From: Candidatus Bathyarchaeota archaeon
GTDB lineage: Archaea > Thermoproteota > Bathyarchaeia > Bathyarchaeales > Bathycorpusculaceae
Reading direction: 5' to 3'
Length of the DNA: 64,000 nucleotides
Assembly (NCBI GenBank): GCA_963717465.1
Contig: OY970340.1
Location: 1,632,001 to 1,696,000 of the forward strand
In this document: positions 53,482 through 64,000 of the stretch, one piece after another
Position numbering within the stretch: the first letter of the stretch is position 1
Layout of the letters: the number at the start of each line of letters is the position of its first letter
The notes under the pieces: generated by a model
What the model saw: the letters and a program-made list of their open reading frames with translations, nothing else
Told to the model about the DNA's origin: nothing
The model's database searches: none
Made by a program: the position numbers and the translations under genes

Positions 53482-54602
53482 ACGTCTTTGCAGAAATTTC
53501 TCAGATTCTTAAAGACTCAGGCGTAAACTTCTTCGCCATCCATCCATGCGAAAAAGTTGCCGGATTGTACAATTTAATCTCTAAAGATTTTAAGCATGTT
53601 TCTTTGGCAAAAGAAGAAGAAGGAGTAGGAATATGCGCAGGAGCATTTCTTGCAGGCGCAAAACCTGCAATGCTTATCCAAAGCTCAGGTCTTGGAAACA
53701 TGCCCAACGCGTTATGCTCTCTTACTCAAACTTACCAGATGCCCTTACTGGTTCTGGCAAGCTGGAGAGGCATATACCAAGAAGGTATCGTAGCCCAAAT
53801 TCCTCTTGGAAAAAGCATTCCCAAACTGCTTGAAGCAATCAACGTAAATTACACAATCATAGAAGACAGCGATAACCTCCCATTAATCGCCAATGCTGCA
53901 AACGAATGCTACCAACAAAATAAGGCGCATGTAGTTCTTTTAAGCCCTAAACTATCGGCTCAACAAGAAAAAATTCCTTATGACGCCACCTGCACAAACC
54001 GCAAACAGACAATTTCATTCAGAAAAACCACATTTGCTAAACCGGTTTTGACAAGATTCGAAATCTTACAGTGCATTGCTCCATTCCTCAAGGATAAAAT
54101 TGTGGTGTGCAATCTTGGCATTCCCAGCAAAGAATTGTATTCGATTTGTCATCAGAAATCAAACTTTTACATGCTTGGAAGCATGGGCTTAGCCTCATCA
54201 ATTGGACTTGGCTTATCATTGTTTACTCCAAAAGAAGTCGTTGTAATCGATGGGGATGGAAGCTTGCTAGCAAACCTTGGAACCCTCTCAACTATAGCCA
54301 AAGAGAAACCTAAGAACTTGACCATTATAGCAATTGATAACGGTGCTCACGGTTCAACCGGCAACCAGCCTACAGCAACAGCAAGCTGTGTGGACTTAGA
54401 AAAAGTAGCCCGAGCGTCAGGCTTTAAAAAAACCTGCAAAGAGGCAAACCCAAAACGACTGCTGCCTACCTTACAGAAAGTGGGTTCAGGACCGAATTTT
54501 GTACACTTACTTGCAAAACCTGGAAATTCCACTGTGCCAAACGTGCCCTTAACGCCAGAAGAAATAAAACGCAATGTGCAAGAGGCTATTTTGCGTGGAT
54601 AA
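53478..54602 (+). CDS. comDE: fused sulfopyruvate decarboxylase ComD-ComE
   Basis: EEEGVGICAGA, QSSGLGN, NLGIPSKEL, NFYMLGSMGLASSIG, DGDGS...DNG.HGSTG.Q. Confidence 0.92.
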   Translation: MNVFAEISQILKDSGVNFFAIHPCEKVAGLYNLISKDFKHVSLAKEEEGVGICAGAFLAGAKPAMLIQSSGLGNMPNALCSLTQTYQMPLLVLASWRGIYQEGIVAQIPLGKSIPKLLEAINVNYTIIEDSDNLPLIANAANECYQQNKAHVVLLSPKLSAQQEKIPYDATCTNRKQTISFRKTTFAKPVLTRFEILQCIAPFLKDKIVVCNLGIPSKELYSICHQKSNFYMLGSMGLASSIGLGLSLFTPKEVVVIDGDGSLLANLGTLSTIAKEKPKNLTIIAIDNGAHGSTGNQPTATASCVDLEKVARASGFKKTCKEANPKRLLPTLQKVGSGPNFVHLLAKPGNSTVPNVPLTPEEIKRNVQEAILRG

Positions 54603-55572
54603 GGTTCGAATTGGGCATTTAACAACTTCCTATCATACTGCTTTGATTATTATGGGAGCCGGCTGGGTTGAGAAAGAAATCGGCGTAAAACCTGAATGGC
54701 GACTGTTTCCAACTGGTCCTGAAATGATAAAAGCGTTTTCCAGAGACGAATTGGATATTGGCTATGTTGGGCTTCCTCCGGCAATGATTGGCATAACAAA
54801 AGGAATTCCACTAAAATGCATTGCAGGCGGGCATATGGAAGGCACCGTCATGACCGGTAAAGAAAACTTGAGATCGTATCAGGAAACAGGAAGCATCAAG
54901 AAAACTCTTGAGCAATTAAAAGGCAAAACCGTGGGGACACCGTCAAAAGGTTCAATCCACGATGTAATACTGCGTACCATTCTTGACGAGTCTAATCTTT
55001 CACAGAACGTATTAGTTAGAAATTTTGATTGGGCGGACATGATACTTGATGCGATGGAAAATGATGAGGTACAAGCCGCAGTTGGTACTCCTCCACTTGC
55101 AGTTTTAGCTTCCAAATCATTAGGTGCCAAAATAATACTTCCGCCTTCTGTGCTTTGGCCCCATAACCCAAGCTATGGAATCATAACGACAAAGACAATG
55201 ATTGATAATTCTACTGAAACGTTAAGAAAGTTTTTGATTTTACATGAAAAAGCATCTAATCTGATCAGAGAAGAGCCGCATAAAGCTGCCAAAATAGTCG
55301 CAAACACCGTTAAGCTCATGGATGAAGACTTTGTTTTCCAAGTTTACAAGGTTTCTCCGAAATATTGTGCGAGTCTTTCCCCAGAATACGTGCAGTCCAC
55401 GATGGCATTTGTTCCAGTCCTTCAAAGAATGCAATATATCAGCGGCAAGATAACTGAGGAGCAAGTTTTCTGCAAAGAATTAATTAAAAGAGTGCATACA
55501 GAGTCAGCCGCATTACGATTTCCCGTTAATGCTTGCCAAATGATTCTAGTCAAGCATTTTTCTCTGAATTAA
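54595..55572 (+). CDS. SsuA/NMT1-like substrate-binding-fold protein without signal peptide
   Basis: RIGHL, FPTGPEM, LDIGYVGLPP, GSIHDVIL; GTG start overlaps the comDE stop. Confidence 0.8.
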   Translation: MDKVRIGHLTTSYHTALIIMGAGWVEKEIGVKPEWRLFPTGPEMIKAFSRDELDIGYVGLPPAMIGITKGIPLKCIAGGHMEGTVMTGKENLRSYQETGSIKKTLEQLKGKTVGTPSKGSIHDVILRTILDESNLSQNVLVRNFDWADMILDAMENDEVQAAVGTPPLAVLASKSLGAKIILPPSVLWPHNPSYGIITTKTMIDNSTETLRKFLILHEKASNLIREEPHKAAKIVANTVKLMDEDFVFQVYKVSPKYCASLSPEYVQSTMAFVPVLQRMQYISGKITEEQVFCKELIKRVHTESAALRFPVNACQMILVKHFSLN

Positions 55573-55601
55573 CGTAGTGCCCATAATCTGTTTTGCTATA
55601 A

Positions 55602-56183
55602 CTATCTTGAGATGTGTATGCTTCTAATTTCTGGTGATAGTTCAGCAAAGTCGTCATCGCCAACGTGAAATACTGGTTTAAACTTTGCAATGTTACAATT
55701 TGGTGAAAAAGCTCCTTTTGTTGTGTAGGCTGCTAAAACTTCACCAACTACAATTATGTGATCCCCAGCAGGAATCTTGTTCACTACTTTGCATTCCAGA
55801 TGAGCAAAGCATTCGTTTATGATTGGCGCTTTTACTTTCTTTGAAACGCCTGGTGTTAATTTTGATTCTTTAAATTTATCATGATTTCTTCCTGAAACTC
55901 TTCCACATAAAAGCGTCTCTTTGACAAAGTCCATGGATGGAACATTCACTACGAACTCTCCTGTTTCCTCAATCATTTTGGTAGAGCAATGGGTAGGTCT
56001 AAGACTGGCTGCCACTAGCGGCGGCACGTAAGAAACAGGCATTGACCAAGCGACAGTGACTATATCCGTTTTGCCCTCCTTATTGGCACATGATATGAGA
56101 ACAGTATGGCGAGGATGCAAAAGCCGACAGCTCATGCCAAGATCAAAATCCACTTTTTCCATATTCAACAAGCTAACCCTCAA
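55602..56183 (-). CDS. flavin reductase family protein
   Basis: PVSYVPPLV, EFVVNVP, CG.VSGR..DKF, AHLECKV, GDH..VVGEV. Confidence 0.9.
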   Translation of the reverse strand: MRVSLLNMEKVDFDLGMSCRLLHPRHTVLISCANKEGKTDIVTVAWSMPVSYVPPLVAASLRPTHCSTKMIEETGEFVVNVPSMDFVKETLLCGRVSGRNHDKFKESKLTPGVSKKVKAPIINECFAHLECKVVNKIPAGDHIIVVGEVLAAYTTKGAFSPNCNIAKFKPVFHVGDDDFAELSPEIRSIHISR

Positions 56184-56374
56184 ACCTTAATTTTAATTAG
56201 CCATAAATAAAATTTGTTAAAAATTAGACCGTGAAAAGCAAGAATTACGTGCTTCTATTAAAGAAAAGGTTAGTTTCTTGTGCAACTAATGAAGGTTTTT
56301 TAAGTTGACTCTTTTTATTCATACCAAATTTCAAATTCGTCCAATCAAAAACCTCATAGTTGTGAAATTTAACA

Positions 56375-57200
56375 ATGACAAATGAATGGCGTCTTTTAGA
56401 TTCTGATCTTGTTGACCCAATAACTGGCGTCGCCACGGTTGAAGCCGTCGGAATAGCTAGATCAAAAAACTTGGTTCCGAATACAATAATTTTTTGGCGA
56501 CCGAAAACACGTTTTGTTTGTTTAGGTTACTTTCAGTACGTGAAAGATGAAGTTTACCCAGAAATATGCGAAAAACTCGGTGTAAAAATTGCTCGCAGAA
56601 TTCTCGGAGGCGGAATGGGTTACGTGGATCAAAACCAACTTTTGTACGATGTTGTAATGGGTTCAGAATACAAGGTAACTCCAGTCGCTTCTAGCATTGA
56701 ACGAATGTACAAGCACGTTTTAAGCGGAGTAATTCAAGGCTTAAGAGAACTCGGTTTCACAGATGTACTTCTAATGCCTGATTATAACTCTGCTATTTGG
56801 TTAAACGGCAAGAAAGTCTCTGGAAATTGTGCAACCAGCTTAACTGGAGCCCAAATAGTTGGCGGCAGTCTGCTTGTAGATTTCGATTTCGAAATGCTCG
56901 AAAAAGTCAGTAGAAATCCATACAAGAAGTCTCAAGTCAGGCATAACTTCACTTGAAGAAGGTTTAACATGTATTAACCGAGAAAGCAAAAAAAATGTCA
57001 GCTTAAAGAATGTAAAAGTTGCCGTTAAAACTGGCTTTGAAAAAGCTCTGAACATAAAATTGAAGCATGGAGCCCTAATCAAAGAAGAAGAAGATTTAAT
57101 CAATGAATTAGAGCCAAAGTTTTCTTCCAAAGAATGGACTTATCATATGGACATCAAGAGCCAAAAATTGATGCCGTACCCAGAAACTGGAGAGACATAA
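56375..57200 (+). CDS. lplA: lipoate-protein ligase, catalytic domain (+1 frameshift near 56930)
   Basis: WRLLD, LGYFQ, RRILGGG..Y.D, NGKKVSG. Confidence 0.85.
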
Positions 57201-57211
57201 TCTGACCAAAC

Positions 57212-58244
57212 TTGACAGAATTGCAAGAAAAAGCATTCAACGATGAAGCCATATCAAAAAATGAAGCAGACGTAATTTTACATCTTTCAGATGAACGGCA
57301 AATATCAGATTTAATCAAGCTCACAAGAGCCGTGTCTGATAAGCAAAATGGGAAAAGAATTAATTTTTACTATACAGGGAATTATTTTCCTGCATTATCT
57401 GTGACAGGCAGCAATTGTGCGCTTGCGATGTAAACACTGCGAAACCAAGCTCTTGCAGCAATTACCTGCAGCCCCAACGCCGCAAAAACTATGTTGAAAT
57501 GTGCTTAAAACTAAATGAAAAGGGTGCAAAAGGTGTTCTGATCACTGGCGGCTGCTCAAGTAATGGTAAGGTTCCTATCAGTAAATTTCTCGACGCTATA
57601 TCAGAAATTAAGAAGAAGACTAGTCTTATCGTTATAGCGCACACGGGAATTCTTGAAACAAAGGAAGCCAAGGAACTTGTTAATGCAGGATTGGATGGAG
57701 CAGCTGTAGACGTTGTTGGATTGCCTGAAACAATCAACTCCGTTTATTGCGCAGAATTCAAGCCAGAAGATTATGCTAATACTCTTAGAGCTCTTGGAAA
57801 CAGCTAAGATGCCAATAATATCTCCCCATGTTTGTGTAGGGCTCAATTTTGGCAGTCTCAAACATGAATTAGACTCATTAAGCATAATTGCAAAAATTAA
57901 ACCTACAACCGTCGTGATCACCGCTATTTTGCCTCTAAGAGGAACGCCCATGGAAAAAGTAAGAGTAGCAGCCTTTGATGTTGCCAAAGTTGTTATCGCT
58001 GCTAAACTAATGTTCCCCAATATTCCAATAACTCTAGGTTGTGCAAGATCAAAAGGTCCAGATAGAGAACATATAGAGAAACTTGCAATTCACGCAGGAG
58101 TAACTAACGTAGCCGTCCCCTCCGAATCAGCCATCAAAGAAGCAGAATCTATAGGGCTCAAAATTACTAGCTTATGGTGCTTGTTGTGCGGTTCCTCCGC
58201 TTGCTTCTCTTAAACTTGAAAAATGGAGAACTGTTGACGCATGA
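57212..58244 (+). CDS. LipS1-type radical SAM sulfur-insertion enzyme (several frameshifts)
   Basis: SVTGSNCAL/CKHC, LITGG, AHTG, SPHVCVGL, LGCAR, C-terminal ACCA. Confidence 0.8.
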
Positions 58245-59254
58245 CTTCATCGCCAGTAGAAAAAATCCGGTTGTCAATTGGGACTGCAGTGATTTTAGGT
58301 CTTGAAATAGCTTTTATGAATAAGGATAATGCACCTACAACCGCCTACTTGCAGACTTATCATCCTGGCAGATGTGCAGCTAACTGCAAATTCTGTGCGC
58401 AGGCAAGAGATTCCGATGCGAAAGTTGACAAGATCGCCCGTGGATTGTACTTGCCCTACGATGCGGAGTTAGTAATTACTCGACTGAAAAAAGCAACTGA
58501 ACGCAAATTCATCAAAAGAATATGCATACAAACCATGAACTACCCTAAACTCATGGATGAACTACTCTGGCTCATCAAAAGGTTAAGCAGTGAAGTTTCA
58601 GCACCAATATCAGTATCAATTTACTCAATTTCACCCGAGAAAATCAGGCTTATAAAAGAAGCGGGCGCTCAAAAAATGATAATTCCATTGGATGCGGCGA
58701 ACGAAAAAATATTTGATGAAATTAAAGGCGCCAAAACTGCGGGTCCATACAGGTGGAAAAGCCACTTTTCAACCCTTGAAAATGCCCTTCAAATCATGGG
58801 CAAAGGAAACGTTGGAACACATCTAATGGTTGGCTTAGGCGAAACTGAAGAGGAAATAGTTAATTTGCTTGAAAAACTCGAAGAAATGGGCATCTACTGC
58901 GGACTTTTCGCTTTTACTCCCATCCCTGGAACTCAACTGGAAAAAATGGAGTCTCCTTCAATCGAGAGTTATCGCCGAATAAAACTCGCAAACTACTTAA
59001 TTTACAACAATTTAACCGAAGTCAACAAAATACGTTTTAATGAAACGGGAGAAATCGTTGATTTTGGAATAAAACAAGAAGAATTGGACAAAGCCATGGC
59101 GAAAGGTGAACCTTTCCTTACTTCAGGCTGCCCAGATTGCAACAGGCCGTTCGCAAACGAGGCTCCTGAAAAAACAATTTACAATTATCCCAATCTTCCA
59201 AAAAAAGTGGATCTTGGAAAAATCAAGAAACAGATAAAAAACAGTGGGATTTGA
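58241..59254 (+). CDS. LipS2-type radical SAM sulfur-insertion enzyme
   Basis: RLSIGTA, PTTAYL, CAANCKFCAQAR, LFAFTP, TSGCPDCNRP. Confidence 0.85.
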   Translation: MTSSPVEKIRLSIGTAVILGLEIAFMNKDNAPTTAYLQTYHPGRCAANCKFCAQARDSDAKVDKIARGLYLPYDAELVITRLKKATERKFIKRICIQTMNYPKLMDELLWLIKRLSSEVSAPISVSIYSISPEKIRLIKEAGAQKMIIPLDAANEKIFDEIKGAKTAGPYRWKSHFSTLENALQIMGKGNVGTHLMVGLGETEEEIVNLLEKLEEMGIYCGLFAFTPIPGTQLEKMESPSIESYRRIKLANYLIYNNLTEVNKIRFNETGEIVDFGIKQEELDKAMAKGEPFLTSGCPDCNRPFANEAPEKTIYNYPNLPKKVDLGKIKKQIKNSGI

Positions 59255-59258
59255 AGAA

Positions 59259-60204
59259 ATGAGCCAAGAAGATTTTGTTCCAGTGGCTGGAGGTTTTGGA
59301 GTAAAAATCCATGCTCCAAGCGATGGCTGCATTGCATTCTGCAATAGTCCTTTCCCAGCGCACCGAGAATCCAGCGCTTTAGATATTTATCCAGCTGACG
59401 CAAAATTCGGAGATGAAGTTTCTTGTCCAGTAAACGGAATCGTCAAAGAGACACGGAAGTTTTCTTCACCCAATCTTTTTCCTGACAAGCCACCACTTGA
59501 TGAGTACTTGATTCTTATTGAGTCTGCTGATAATCCTGAGGTATACGTAAAAATCATTCATGCTCATCCGAAAGTTAGAAAAGGTGAAAAGGTTAACGTC
59601 GGGGATACTTTGGCGGTGTTAGTGCGCAGCGGTTACTGGGCTTATTCGGTTGACCCTCACATCCATGTGGAACTTCGCAATCCAAAAGATGCAATTAGAG
59701 CTTTAGGGTCCTATCCTCTGGAAGTATTAAACTCTCCAGAAAAAAAATGCGAAATAAGAGAACACGATAGAGAGTGATGTCTTAGGCGTTGTTGTTAAAG
59801 TGGAAAAGCGTTATGCAATTGTTCGCCCAAATCCTGAGAATTGGGTTAACAATCGGCAATTTTTCAGGTTTAGCAGCAAACTGTTGGAAACTGTGTTGGC
59901 ATTCTTGACGGAGGCTTACCATTTATGGGTTACGGAGGCGTTATAGGAACTGAAAAAGGCACGATTGCAGATGCTCCAGTAATCTTAAGTGGGAAAACTA
60001 TCGGAAGAATAACTACAAGCTTGGAGGGGCTGTCTAAATTTGAAACAGTTCCCTTCAAAGTCAAAGCAGGCACCTGTTCGGATGACTTGGGGATTTCTCT
60101 TAAGGTTTTTGTTGGGAAAACAACGAGAAATAAAACTTGTTCCAGCAAAAAACAATCAAATCAACGTTAAAGAGGACGATGTTGTAACAATAAAAAAGGA
60201 TTAA
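59259..60204 (+). CDS. conserved protein with M23-peptidase-like motifs (several frameshifts)
   Basis: AH....ALDIY, CPVNG.V, PHIHVE.R, GILDGGLP. Confidence 0.6.
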
Positions 60205-60256
60205 AATATGAATAAAACAATCAATGCACAACTTTCAGTTATTGGAGTGAATTTGT

Positions 60257-60704
60257 TTGGTTAAAATTGAAGGATTCAGTTTCCCGGAAAAACTCTATTA
60301 TAGCGAAGATCACCTTTGGATAAAACTTAAGGGAAATGAGGCGACAGTTGGCTTTACAAGTCTTGGAGAGGCCTTATGCAAAGAAATTGTGCATGTCGAT
60401 TTGCCTTTTGAAGGTGACGAAAAAAAGCAAGAGTGAAGAAATCGGTTCTTTCGAAAGCATTAAAGCAGTGTTTCGAATCCATGCGCCATTAAGCGGAAAA
60501 GTTACAAAAACAAACAATGACTTGTATCAGCAACCTGATTTGATAAACGAAGCTCCGTATGGAAAAGGTTGGTTATTTGTAATGGCTGCAACCGATCCGA
60601 AAGGTGAATTAAAGAAGCTAATGGATGCAAAAAAAGCAACTGCATACTACAAAGTTATTATCGATGAGGAACGAGCAAAATTCGGCGAGTACGATGAACC
60701 CTGA
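60257..60704 (+). CDS. gcvH: glycine-cleavage H-like lipoyl carrier protein (+1 frameshift near 60431)
   Basis: LYYSEDHLWI, ATVGFT, lipoyl-Lys in ESIKAV, APLSGKV, INEAPYGKGW. Confidence 0.9.
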
Positions 60705-60721
60705 ATACCTAAACTTTAGCT

Positions 60722-61752
60722 ATGGAGTTCTCTGAATTTTTGGAAAAGCAAGAATTAAATAATATTTTAGATAAGGCCCTTACCAGACCAATTACTGGCC
60801 AAGAAGCGCAAAAACTGTTATTGATTGATAAAGTTCAGCTTCCAGAATTATTATCGACATCACGGATTGTTTCAGACAAAAAAACCGACAAAACGCTGAC
60901 TGTTTATCACAAAGCGTTTCAACCCGTATCAATAACAGGACGAACTTGTGCTTTAAACTGTAAACATTGCAGTCAACATTATTTAGAGCACATGATTCCT
61001 GCAAGTAATCCTGAAAAACTGCTTACAAATCTGCAAGAATCTTAAGGCAAATCACGCGCCAGGTGTTCTTTTAAGTGGAGGTAGCAGAAAAGATGGAACC
61101 GTTCCATTAGACGAATTTGCGCATACAATAAGTTTGATCAAGAAAGAAACAGGCTTACTAATTTCTGCTCACACAGGTCCAATAAATTATGAAAATGCCA
61201 AAATCCTAGTTGAAGCCGGATTAGATATTGCTTTGCTTGATGTTGTAGGTTCAGCAGAAACCACAAAAAGCGTTTACGGCGTCAGTATAACTCCGGAGGA
61301 TTACCAAAAAACTTTAATGCTCTAAATGCTGCTGGTATCCCAAATATTTCTCCTCATATCTGTGTTGGGCTTCATTTTGGGAAACTTCTTGGAGAAGCAA
61401 AAGCTTTAGAGTTTAGTTTCACATGCCAAAGTGTCTACAATAGCCATAGTGGTGCTAATTCCAACAAAGGAAACGGCTATGGCTGAAGTTGATCCTTCTT
61501 CACCTGAGGACATAGCCAAAGTCATTGCAATCGCCAACTTGATGTTTCCAAAAACGCCTGTTTCGCTTGGTTGTGTGCGGCCTGGGAAAACTTTTCGTGC
61601 AAAGATTGATGAATTGGCAATCAAAGCTGGCATAGGAAAATTGGCGATTCCAACTGGAAATTCGCTTGAAGATTGCCCGAAGCGAAGGACTTAAAATTAA
61701 ATCTTTTGAGGATGTAATGTGCTGTTCAGTTGATGAATCTCAAATGAAATGA
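60722..61752 (+). CDS. second LipS1-type radical SAM enzyme (several frameshifts)
   Basis: SITGRTCALNCKHC, LLSGG, SAHTG, SPHICVGL, LGCVRP, MCCS. Confidence 0.8.
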
Positions 61753-61869
61753 GTCTCTGCAACATTCTGATTTGAAATAGAGGAGTAGTGCCATCTTAAA
61801 CTAACTAAAAATTAAATATTTGGCTAATCAACCATTATAAAGCCTTAAAATCTGTTGAGTGTGTAATGC

Positions 61870-62926
61870 TTGGATAAATGGAGATTTATTGATTTAGACA
61901 CTACTGATCTTCCTTCTGTTCACGCTATAGAAGAAGCTATAGCTGAAGAAAAAATCGGAAATACACTATTACTATGGCGAGTAAACAAACCCGCTTTAAC
62001 GCATAGGCTATTTTCAGAACGTTTATGAGGAAATTGATGTTGAAAAAGCAAAAGAACTTGGCGTCCCATTTATAAGACGCATGGGCGGAGGCGGAACAGG
62101 TTATCTTACGCCAACTGTTTTAGCATATTCAATAATAGTCAGCGAAAAAAGCAATGTTATGCCTAAAAATGTTGAAGAAACATACGGTGTCATATGTAAC
62201 GGGGTGACGCTTGGTCTTAAGGAATTAGGGCTTGATGCAGTTCACGTGCCAATAAATGATGTTTTAATTGGCGGGAAAAAATTCTCTGGAAGTTCTCAGC
62301 ATAGAAGCTATGGAATGATTATCCAGCATGGATTCATAACTACAGAATTAGACCTTCCCACATTGGCCAAGTTGATTAAAGCTCCTAAAGAAAAGCTTCA
62401 GGATAAAGGCATAACCAAAATAGAAGATAGGATAACTTGGATTAACCGGGAAATTCAAAAAGCTGGAAGAGAACCGTTAAGTTTAGAGCAGATAAAGAAA
62501 GCGATTAGAACAGGATTTGAAAAAGCGCTTAAAGTCACTTTCCAGGATAGCAAACTTACGAAGCAGGAATTGGAAGCTGCAAAGAATTTTAAAGAAAGAT
62601 TTGAACTTGAAACATGGAACATCAATCCTAGACTATTCAAACGAGTCAACGCAGCATCAATTATTAAAGCACCTAAAGGCGTTATCAGAGTAAACGCGTA
62701 CGTTGCCAACGGTAAGATACTGGAGATAATGATAACCGGTGACTACATGATGCATCCTGTTGAAGCCATATCATCTCTTGAAGCTATGCTTACAGGAGCT
62801 AAAACTGATGAGCAAACAATACGAAAAATAGTGAATGAATTTTACGCTAAAGAGACAGTAATTACTCCTGGGGCTTCTCCGGATGATTTTGTAAAAGCAA
62901 TAATGAAGGCAAAGAAACCTTCCTGA
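61870..62926 (+). CDS. lplA: lipoate-protein ligase with C-terminal accessory domain (frameshifted 5' part)
   Basis: KWRFID, IGYFQ, RRMGGGGT, NDVLIGGKKFSGS, KAPKGVIRV...ITGDY. Confidence 0.85.
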
Positions 62927-63037
62927 ATTTTAAGAAGAACTTTAAAAATGATCATGCCTTTTATAAAAAAACTTTTAGAAGATACCTTAAAGACCTTTTT
63001 ACATAAAACTGTTAATTGGATGGGAGAAGCAACATGA

Positions 63038-64000
63038 ATGAGAAACCCACGAATAGGCGTTTATATTTGTCACTGTGGCTTGAACATTGCTGCCACAGTT
63101 GATGTTAAATCAGTTGCAGAATATGCAAAGAATCTCCCTAATGTTGTTGTATCCAAAGATTACAAGTATACGTGTTCTGACCCTGGCCAGGAAATGATAA
63201 AGAAAGATATCAAAGAGCAAAAGCTTAACAGAATTATTGTTGCAGCTTGCTCTCCAAGGATGCATGAGCCTACTTATCGAAAGCTTTTGGAAGAATCAGG
63301 ATTAAACCCGTACTTGTTTGAAATGGTCAATATCCGAGAACAAGTTTCTTGGGTTCACATGAAGGATCCTGAAAAAGCCACTGAAAAAGCTAAAGACTTA
63401 ATCAGAATGGCAGTTGCTAAAGCTGCCTTATTGCAGCCTTTAGAAGAACAAGAAGTTCCTGTATTAAAATCGGTACTTATAATCGGCGGCGGTATTGCTG
63501 GTATTCAAGCAGCCCTTGATTTAGCTGATCAAGATTACAAAGTTACCTTAGTGGAAAAGAAGCCAACCCTCGGAGGTCATATGGCTCAGCTTGACAAGAC
63601 TTTCCCGACAATGGACTGCTCAATCTGTATTTTCGGTCCTAAAATGGTTGACGTCTACAAACACCCAAACGTTACACTTCTAGTTAACAGTGAAGTGCAA
63701 GATATCTCTGGTGCAGCGGGTAACTTCCATGCAAAAGTCTTGAAGAAAGCAAGATATGTTGACGAGAAGAAATGTGTCGGTTGCGGCGTATGCGCAACAA
63801 AATGTCCAATTAAGACTCCTAACGAGTTCGACAAGAATCTTGGTATGCGCAAAGCAATCTACATCCCATTCCCGCAAGGAGTTCCAGCTAAATACACGAT
63901 TGATAAAGAACACTGCTTGTTCTTCACTAAAGGCGTCTGTAAAGTTTGCGAGAAAATGTGTGAAGCCAAAGCAATCGACTATACTCAAGAAGACCAAGTT
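63038..64000 (+). CDS. hdrA: second heterodisulfide reductase subunit A (runs off the window end)
   Basis: [66 protein letters not shown]; absent from the ORF track because it has no stop. Confidence 0.93.
   Translation, partial: MRNPRIGVYICHCGLNIAATVDVKSVAEYAKNLPNVVVSKDYKYTCSDPGQEMIKKDIKEQKLNRIIVAACSPRMHEPTYRKLLEESGLNPYLFEMVNIREQVSWVHMKDPEKATEKAKDLIRMAVAKAALLQPLEEQEVPVLKSVLIIGGGIAGIQAALDLADQDYKVTLVEKKPTLGGHMAQLDKTFPTMDCSICIFGPKMVDVYKHPNVTLLVNSEVQDISGAAGNFHAKVLKKARYVDEKKCVGCGVCATKCPIKTPNEFDKNLGMRKAIYIPFPQGVPAKYTIDKEHCLFFTKGVCKVCEKMCEAKAIDYTQEDQV

Noticed and set aside
13578..63997. Many antisense or overlapping short ORFs in the six-frame track (e.g. 24458-25021, 28808-29224, 44703-45152, 63680-63997)
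   Set aside because: Shadows of well-supported genes on the opposite strand

Overview
AT-rich archaeal window. The first ~13 kb is ordinary host chromosome: a cdvB-cdvA-cdvB-cdvC (ESCRT) division cluster, tRNA-Lys(UUU), mtnP, apt and small regulators. This gene set points to a TACK/Thermoproteota host, most likely Bathyarchaeia (inference, not a phylogeny). From ~13 kb to the end is a >50 kb methane/methyl-metabolism supercluster. It contains hdrCB plus hdrA fused to a cysteine-less MvhD domain, three MtaA/URO-D-type methyltransferases, an MtrH-like pterin methyltransferase, a corrinoid protein and a [2Fe-2S] ASKHA activator. A broken tyrosine integrase follows, then a full mcrBDCGA operon with intact core catalytic motifs but unusual substitutions around them. 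After that come the methanogenesis-marker/MCR-activation genes (mmp3-6-5-15-17-nifB-mmp7-mmp8, atwA, DUF2117, mmp2), CoM-biosynthesis genes (cysteate synthase, fused comDE) and a lipoate cluster (lplA x2, lipS1 x2, lipS2, gcvH-like) leading into a second hdrA cut off by the window edge. Many genes, including mcrA, B, C and D, carry single-base +1 frameshifts. These look like uncorrected long-read errors rather than decay, but this must be verified from the reads. All family calls come from motif recognition by eye.
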